Virus record (IMG/VR): IMGVR_UViG_3300032214_000715
Span: 1 to 64,000 of that record
Length of the DNA: 64,000 nucleotides
Strand: one strand, 5' to 3'
The notes beneath the pieces are model-generated. The model saw only the letters and a program-made list of their open reading frames with translations. It made no database searches and was not told the DNA's origin. Positions 58,735 through 64,000 of this stretch are shown here, piece after piece (positions within the stretch are counted from its first letter, which is position 1; the number at the start of each line of letters is the position of its first letter). Position numbers and translations under genes: made by a program.

Positions 58735-58823
58735 AACAGATTAGTTATCATTGGTCCTATCACGGTCTCCAGCCAGATTCGGGCTTTTTTATAGTGATTA
58801 AAATTGGTTGCTGGATCTAATCT
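58735..58823 (-). ncRNA. Y-RNA-like element A
   Basis: AGAUUAG-AUC-CAGCAA...CUAAUCU-GUU. Confidence 0.6.
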
Positions 58824-58872
58824 AAGAACTTATTATATGTTACTTACTATTTTTAGTCTACAAATTCGGATA

Positions 58873-58989
58873 AACTGTATACGTTTCTTGCCTGCTGCTC
58901 TGCCGACTGAGCTACATCTCACATTTGAGAGATGGAAGGACTCGAACCTTCGACACACTGGGTGATTTAATCGTTGCTGTATGTATACA
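58873..58989 (-). ncRNA. YrlA-like Y RNA (circularly permuted tRNA mimic), element B
   Basis: UGUAUAC-AUA-CAGCAA; T arm GAAGG-UUCGAGU-CCUUC; looped acceptor CAUCUC/GAGAUG; D arm GCUC-AGUCGGCA-GAGC; GUAUACA-GUU. Confidence 0.75.
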
Positions 58990-59129
58990 AAAATATAACA
59001 GGATGATCGATACGGGTATTTTATTTCTCTGCTTGCCCCTTACACTAAAGGATTTTGTATCACAAGCACAGTCTAAATCGTTTAGACCCGATCCTAGTAT
59101 CTTGACTAGACACAAAGTTGGCTAACCCC

Positions 59130-59187
59130 AACAGGACGATTAGTTGACTAATCAGTTCAGAGTATTTTAAATTGCCGAAATCATCCT
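59130..59187 (-). ncRNA. Y-RNA-like element C (alternative distal 3' partner at 58997-59007)
   Basis: AGGAUGAU-UU-CGGCAA...AUCGUCCU-GUU. Confidence 0.55.
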
Positions 59188-59195
59188 AATCAAAT

Positions 59196-59348
59196 AACGG
59201 GATAGTTGTTGCCTTCTTTTATTCAAGTGAGAAATGCTAGACTCACCTCGACCGGATAAACATAAAACGCTTCACAGGTTGCCCTCTGCAAGATATGTCT
59301 ACTTTGCCCAGTCCATCCATAATTTTATGAATTTGCTGTACCTATCCC
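59196..59348 (-). ncRNA. Y-RNA-like element D
   Basis: GGGAUAG-GUA-CAGCAA...CUAUCCC-GUU. Confidence 0.6.
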
Positions 59349-59381
59349 AAATCTCTTTGTTGTTACGATAGATGTATTATG

Positions 59382-59594
59382 TCATCGTTTACTATTCATT
59401 TCAAGCATTTTGGATGACTTGCTTTCTTTGACCTTGACCAAATTGGCAAGATTCATCCAAACTAAACGCTGATTGTCCGGGCGATGAACCTCAACGAAGT
59501 CCACGCCATCTACACGCCTACGATTATCAAAATTCTCGCATACCCATACTTCACCGGTACGTGGATTAGATAGAGTCACTGACTTTGCCTTCAT
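59382..59594 (-). CDS. Hypothetical protein
   Basis: AAGGAG SD; MKAKSVTLSNPRTGEVW. Confidence 0.55.
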   Translation of the reverse strand: MKAKSVTLSNPRTGEVWVCENFDNRRRVDGVDFVEVHRPDNQRLVWMNLANLVKVKESKSSKMLEMNSKR

Positions 59595-59604
59595 AGTTTT
59601 CTCC

Positions 59605-60090
59605 TTACGCTGTCTGACGACGAGATTCCAAACTTTTGAATTGATCCGCAGCATACGATGCCGCAAAAGCACGAGGTTTCACAAATGGAATTACTCCACA
59701 CATGCCCTTAACGTAACCAATGGCTTCATTGATAACGAGATTGCTATTGTGAAACTCACTTGGATTTAGGTCCAAGTGAACTTCTACCTCAAATGGCACT
59801 TCCTTGGCTAGTTCTAGATAAAGATTGGCTACACGATATACTTCATTCATTAATCGCATGCGTGGCTTATCCGCACGTTGATCGTAGTCACGTTCACGAT
59901 CCACTGCGCCGAAAATCTTACAACCATTATTGCCGTTTACGTGAATAACTACAGCGGTAATATAATCAGCATACCAGACATTGTTATGCTGTAGGCGTTC
60001 ACTGTCACAGCCAATATAAATTTTAGTGTTGTCGGACAGATTTTCACAAAACGTCACAACTTCATCAATGTCAATATGCTTCTTATACAT
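59605..60090 (-). CDS. RNase H-like YkuK (DUF458) family protein
   Basis: IYIGCDS, RLMNEV, EVHLDLNP, KP.AFAAS.AAD. Confidence 0.8.
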   Translation of the reverse strand: MYKKHIDIDEVVTFCENLSDNTKIYIGCDSERLQHNNVWYADYITAVVIHVNGNNGCKIFGAVDRERDYDQRADKPRMRLMNEVYRVANLYLELAKEVPFEVEVHLDLNPSEFHNSNLVINEAIGYVKGMCGVIPFVKPRAFAASYAADQFKSLESRRQTA

Positions 60091-60101
60091 TTTAGTCTCC
60101 T

Positions 60102-60389
60102 TTAAAAAACATCATGCCTCTTTGGTTTATTTCTTTCACTTCTATCTTTGATTTTACCTAGATACTCTCGCCCAACTGCGCCAGACTCAATATCATCAAA
60201 TACAATCTTAGTGGGAATACTTTTTAGCTTGCGCTGCTCCAAATACGTAGACACGTTCATGTCACTGTACTTCATAGCATCGTCTTCTTGCTTACGCACA
60301 CGATGTATTTCCCTCAATCGCTCACTGGCAACTAGAATCAAATCGAATCTGTTGCCGATGCGATCACACATTTTATCAAAATCATTCAT
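60102..60389 (-). CDS. rpoZ: RNA polymerase omega subunit (RpoZ) homolog
   Basis: IGNRFDLILVASERLREI matches RpoZ N-terminal signature; TTGACA-16-TATAAT promoter 60415-60442. Confidence 0.65.
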   Translation of the reverse strand: MNDFDKMCDRIGNRFDLILVASERLREIHRVRKQEDDAMKYSDMNVSTYLEQRKLKSIPTKIVFDDIESGAVGREYLGKIKDRSERNKPKRHDVF

Positions 60390-60472
60390 TATTAGTCCTA
60401 TCAAAGTTATTATAATTATACACAAGCATCAACCGATGTCAAGCAGTATTTTACTATTTACTAAATAATAGT

Positions 60473-60637
60473 ATGGCATCACGCACTGTATACACGCTAA
60501 ACGGTCTTACTTTTCACGTAAGCATAAGTGATATGAGCACTTATTGTATTATAATACTTGATCGTTACACTGGTGACGTTGATATTAAGTACTTCAGTGA
60601 TTGGTATGAAGCACTAATGTACATTAAAGAATTTTAA
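60473..60637 (+). CDS. 54-aa late ORF (below cutoff)
   Basis: CTAAATA 60461-60467; MASRTVYTLNG...MYIKEF. Confidence 0.4.
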   Translation: MASRTVYTLNGLTFHVSISDMSTYCIIILDRYTGDVDIKYFSDWYEALMYIKEF

Positions 60638-60825
60638 TTAGCAATTAATTCTCTAAGCTTAAGCAATTGTGTCGGCGTCAGCACCATTTCAAACCGCATT
60701 TCTGTATTGTCATTCCATTGAGTGTAAAAACGCAAATGTTGAAATTCGGGACCGACCGAAATTGGCTGAGTCAACTCAGCATATACACGATAATTTCCAT
60801 TTTCACTAATTAGAACTTTGCTCAT
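60634..60825 (-). CDS. Hypothetical protein
   Basis: AAGG SD; downstream of tRNA. Confidence 0.55.
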   Translation of the reverse strand: MSKVLISENGNYRVYAELTQPISVGPEFQHLRFYTQWNDNTEMRFEMVLTPTQLLKLRELIAN

Positions 60826-60841
60826 ATTATACCTTTATGTT

Positions 60842-60931
60842 TGGCGGATAGTGTGAGATTCGAACTCACGATAGAATTTCTCCTATGACGGTTTAGTAGA
60901 CCGTTGGTTTCAGCCGCTCACCCAACTATCC
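60842..60931 (-). tRNA. tRNA-Ser, anticodon ACU, class II
   Basis: GGATAGT/ACTATCC acceptor, G73-CCA, ACGGT-CTACTAA-ACCGT, long variable arm, GTGAG-TTCGAAT-CTCAC. Confidence 0.9.
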
Positions 60932-60974
60932 TTTAGATATATTTACTACGCGAGACAAACGCTAAAATATTTTA

Positions 60975-61577
60975 CTACACAGTTTGTTGACGCTGTTCTA
61001 ACTTTTTGCGAAGCATGGTATGAATGCCAGGATTCACTCTGAGTACATCAGCCATAAGTTTATGCCTAATAAAATTCCTAGTATAACGAGTATCGTTATT
61101 AGAATGATCCTCAATCCACTTAACATTTTTGCGTCTCGCCCAATCTTCTAATTCATACTTTCTATTTAATAGAAATGGTCTGATAACGTTGCCACGACGA
61201 TATGGGATCAAGCTACTGGTTCCATGTAAACTACTCCACACCCAAGTCTCAGCTACATCATCTAAATGATGAGCAGTGACTACAGTATCAAATTGATTTA
61301 GAAAATTATATCGTTCCTCACGCCAATGTTCTTCTGGACTTTGCTCACGATCACGATGAACTTTTGTCATTTCACCAATATGTAATGCTACATTATTTTT
61401 TGAGCAAAAATCAGTTAAAAACTCCTGAGCACGATTACTGTTTTCGGTGTTATGATTAAAGAAAGCAGCATCGACGTTATGATTTCGTTGTAAGAAATCT
61501 AACAATACCATACTGTCAATGCCACCACTAAGTGCCACGGTCAACTTTCTGGGCAATGATCCTAAAACTTTGATCAT
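60975..61577 (-). CDS. tilS: tRNA(Ile)-lysidine synthase, catalytic domain only
   Basis: ALSGGIDS PP-loop, AHHLDD.AET, IRPFL, ED.SN....TRNFIRH. Confidence 0.9.
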   Translation of the reverse strand: MIKVLGSLPRKLTVALSGGIDSMVLLDFLQRNHNVDAAFFNHNTENSNRAQEFLTDFCSKNNVALHIGEMTKVHRDREQSPEEHWREERYNFLNQFDTVVTAHHLDDVAETWVWSSLHGTSSLIPYRRGNVIRPFLLNRKYELEDWARRKNVKWIEDHSNNDTRYTRNFIRHKLMADVLRVNPGIHTMLRKKLEQRQQTV

Positions 61578-61658
61578 ACTACATCACAACACTGTTTCCA
61601 TTACAGAATTTAAGTATAACATAATAAAAGAAAAACGCAAGAACTATCTTGTTCAAAT

Positions 61659-61730
61659 GATAAATAAAAGTGTCAGTCGCGATACGTCAATATCCACTGA
61701 CTCTAACGCTTTTTGGGAGCATCAGCAATG
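61659..61730 (+). promoter_or_regulatory. Late promoter plus structured leader of GIY-YIG gene (copy 3)
   Basis: ATAAATA; GTCAGT/ACTGAC stem; GATA/TATC inner; GCT/AGC over GGAG; CAGCAATG. Confidence 0.7.
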
Positions 61731-62339
61731 TATTTACACTATATCATCTATCGTGTCCAACATAAAAATGGACACTACTATATTGGACGACACGCTACAA
61801 ATAATCTCAACGATGATTATATTGGTAGCGGCACTTGGTCCAGAAGCATAAAAAATCCAAACAATGTTAGCAGAATCATTTTGGAAGTTTGCCAAAATGA
61901 ACAGCACTACATTGAGCGAGAACAATACTATTTGGATTTACATTTTGGCAAGCCTGGATGTATGAACCAAAGTAATAGGGCTACAGGATTTCCCTGCGGT
62001 GAAGCACACCATATGAAACAGCCCAAAAATAGACTCAAACATTCTATTCGCCAAAAGTCTTTAGGTAGTAATCATCATTTTAATACTCCAGAGAATCGCG
62101 AGCGTATGCGTATCAACAACCCCGGATCATTCCCAGAGAATCGTGCTCGTGCCTCTAAACAACTATTAGAAAACAATCCAATGTATGATCCTGTAGCATT
62201 AGCAAAGATAAGCGGTGAAAATCATTGGACAAAAAACAATGCCCACTTAAAAACTTGTGAGCATTGTAGTATTGCCGACATATCCAAATCGAACTACACC
62301 CGATGGCACGGTCCCAAATGTAAGTCTATTACATTGTAG
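61728..62339 (+). CDS. GIY-YIG homing endonuclease-like
   Basis: IIYRVQHKNGHYYIGRH, YIGSG, E.E..Y; C-terminal CEHC...[10 protein letters not shown]. Confidence 0.8.
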   Translation: MYLHYIIYRVQHKNGHYYIGRHATNNLNDDYIGSGTWSRSIKNPNNVSRIILEVCQNEQHYIEREQYYLDLHFGKPGCMNQSNRATGFPCGEAHHMKQPKNRLKHSIRQKSLGSNHHFNTPENRERMRINNPGSFPENRARASKQLLENNPMYDPVALAKISGENHWTKNNAHLKTCEHCSIADISKSNYTRWHGPKCKSITL

Positions 62340-62931
62340 GACCGTTTCCACTCTTAAAGCCCACAGAGCCACCTTGTTCCGTAATCCTCTTTAAGGCATC
62401 CTCAAAAAGGATAGGAGCAAAGTCTGTTTGTTCAACACAGGCACACCAGTATCTTGGATCTATCTCATCGCTGTATAAGATTTCACCAGTTCGGGCATCG
62501 ACACCTCTCGCCTTCATAACTCTGTTGGCGTGTAAGTGTCCGTGTATGTTACACGCCATCCTACCAAGGCTTGCTTCGTGGACAGGAATATGACTTAAAA
62601 TAAGTCCATTCATCACATGGTAGGCACGTAATTCTCTAAAGTACTGCCTGTACTCGTCATCACGAAAGATGTCGTGATTACCACGAATCAATACCTTGTC
62701 GCCGTTTAAGCGGGCTAATGTCTTTAAACTCTTACGATTGATAACCACATCGCCTAGGTGATATACCTTATCACTAGGTTTAACCCGTTCGTTCCAAGCC
62801 TTAACCATGTACTCGTCCATTTCTTCAGCGCAACTAAATGGGCGCAGTGAGCTACCATCTTCGCGCTTAAATACGGTACATGTCTTTTCGTGCCCGAAAT
62901 GCGTATCACTAATTAACCATACTGCTGGCAT
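62329..62931 (-). CDS. Calcineurin-like metallophosphoesterase
   Basis: SDTHFGH, HLGD, GNHD, SHIP, HGHLH. Confidence 0.9.
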   Translation of the reverse strand: MPAVWLISDTHFGHEKTCTVFKREDGSSLRPFSCAEEMDEYMVKAWNERVKPSDKVYHLGDVVINRKSLKTLARLNGDKVLIRGNHDIFRDDEYRQYFRELRAYHVMNGLILSHIPVHEASLGRMACNIHGHLHANRVMKARGVDARTGEILYSDEIDPRYWCACVEQTDFAPILFEDALKRITEQGGSVGFKSGNGPTM

Positions 62932-63096
62932 ATTATTCTCCTAACTTGTTAGAATTCAGTGATATCGGGAATTAATTTATCGTATAAGAAATTGAAACGA
63001 TAGAATCGCAATCATCATTACCACTAGAATATGACCTACATTCTGCCAGAATGTAAAGTCTTTACTATAAAACCACTCTAAAATAGACTTCATATT

Positions 63097-63564
63097 TTAC
63101 CTAAAACTCAGTGCTGTAGTACAAATCTTGTGAAAATTTTCTGTATCCTCTTTATACAGATCATGTGCGAATTGAATAAGTTTAAGTTTTTTCTCAATAT
63201 CTTCCTGTTTCTTGTTCTTAGAACGTTCAACGTATGTAGGACTAAGAGTTTCTTTAAAATGCTTCATGTTTCCGGCGTGATTAGTCCACTCTAGATTAGA
63301 AACATCATTATTTGACTTGTTACCATCAATATGATTGACAACATTATATCCTGGCGGGGGCCCCTTCAAAAATGTCATAGCAACGAGACGATGAACTGAA
63401 ATCGTTACTGTTTTGCCGTTTACTGACAGCCCAACTTTGCGATACCCTTGCCAGTAACTGCCATTAATTTCAACTGGTTCGCCTCCTCGTTTAGAGGAAA
63501 ATACTTTTCCACTATTAGTGACAAAGTAACCTGGAAAATTTTTGATTTCTACTGCGTCTTTCAT
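63097..63564 (-). CDS. NUMOD4-HNH endonuclease
   Basis: YFVTNSGKVFS, VHRLVA, NHIDGNKSNNDVSNLEW. Confidence 0.88.
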   Translation of the reverse strand: MKDAVEIKNFPGYFVTNSGKVFSSKRGGEPVEINGSYWQGYRKVGLSVNGKTVTISVHRLVAMTFLKGPPPGYNVVNHIDGNKSNNDVSNLEWTNHAGNMKHFKETLSPTYVERSKNKKQEDIEKKLKLIQFAHDLYKEDTENFHKICTTALSFR

Positions 63565-63573
63565 TATTGTTCC

Positions 63574-63792
63574 TTAATAAATCCCAAGAATTCGTAGTTC
63601 ATCAGCGGTGAGTAGTGATTGTAGCCTACTTACCAATATCTTACGATTTTCTTTGTATTCTCGCCAATGAGCATCAATTTGAACCCAACGTTTCTTGCTC
63701 ACTGTTTTGTTGTATCGTGCGATCTCCTCATCAATCTCTTGAAGTTTGCGCGTTGCGCCAGACTTTGGAGTGCTTTCGTCATCAGTTGTCAT
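63574..63792 (-). CDS. Hypothetical protein
   Basis: 72 aa ORF. Confidence 0.55.
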   Translation of the reverse strand: MTTDDESTPKSGATRKLQEIDEEIARYNKTVSKKRWVQIDAHWREYKENRKILVSRLQSLLTADELRILGIY

Positions 63793-63804
63793 GATTTTTC
63801 TTGA

Positions 63805-63999
63805 TTATTTTGTAAGAAGATAGGGCTTGTTCCACTTGCCGACCTTTACATCAACGTAGTAAGCAATGTCAAAGTGATCAACCATAGTATCACTGTTGTC
63901 ATACCAACCAGCCGACTTGAGAGCCCGAAAAGCCTCAGCCAGAAAATTCTTGGCACTGCCAGAAAAATGCTCCTGAAACCAATATGGATTCACATCAAT
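63805..63999 (-). CDS. Hypothetical protein, C-terminal part (probably starts beyond window)
   Basis: DHFDIAYYVDVKVGKWNKPY; frame open to window end. Confidence 0.6.
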   Translation of the reverse strand: MDVNPYWFQEHFSGSAKNFLAEAFRALKSAGWYDNSDTMVDHFDIAYYVDVKVGKWNKPYLLTK

Positions 64000-64000
64000 A

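Noticed and set aside
58012-58794. 260-aa plus-strand ORF
   Set aside because: Antisense shadow of the GC-rich DUF2828 gene, with no motif or RBS
58890-58960. Canonical tRNA gene
   Set aside because: Arms are in permuted order, with no anticodon loop and no CCA; reported as a YrlA-like RNA instead
1-64000. Stop-codon reassignment
   Set aside because: Known genes (clpX, clpP, infA, tilS, sod) are full length in the standard code and coding density is high

Overview
This window is part of a large, AT-rich lytic dsDNA phage genome (T4-like/jumbo myophage type). The host is probably a Proteobacterium, inferred from the PilV-, RpoZ-, InfA- and LuxR-like genes. The genetic code is standard. Genes are mostly on the + strand up to about 25.5 kb and mostly on the - strand after that. 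Blocks in order: (1) 0-6.7 kb: nucleotide metabolism genes and a translationally coupled array of small ORFs ending F-x-L-R-W. (2) 7.9-25.5 kb: late-promoter (ATAAATA) cluster of proteins with T4-like capsid-targeting N-termini, including GNATs, kinases, a HAD-kinase fusion, an M48 peptidase with a hidden Tat signal and six copies of an unknown WCTA domain. (3) 25.5-36.6 kb: host-like genes (IscA, SOD, IF-1, two ClpP, ClpS, Hsp20, S21, ClpX). (4) 39-46.9 kb: about 15 MNERIKE...HFGV paralogs with foreign cargo (PilV-like pilin, lipoprotein) slotted in at recurring junctions that contain the ribosome-binding site. (5) 48-54.3 kb: papain-like protease, collagen/fibre-like operon and LuxR regulator. 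(6) 56-64 kb: RNA-handling region with a DUF2828 (Ro60-like) gene preceded by four covarying Y-RNA-like elements (one a circularly permuted tRNA mimic of YrlA type), RNase H-like YkuK, an RpoZ homolog, tRNA-Ser(ACU) and TilS. Three GIY-YIG endonuclease genes share a conserved structured leader. All calls come from reading motifs by eye; no database searches were run. Several starts were moved from the ORF track to the SD-supported or overlap-supported codon.
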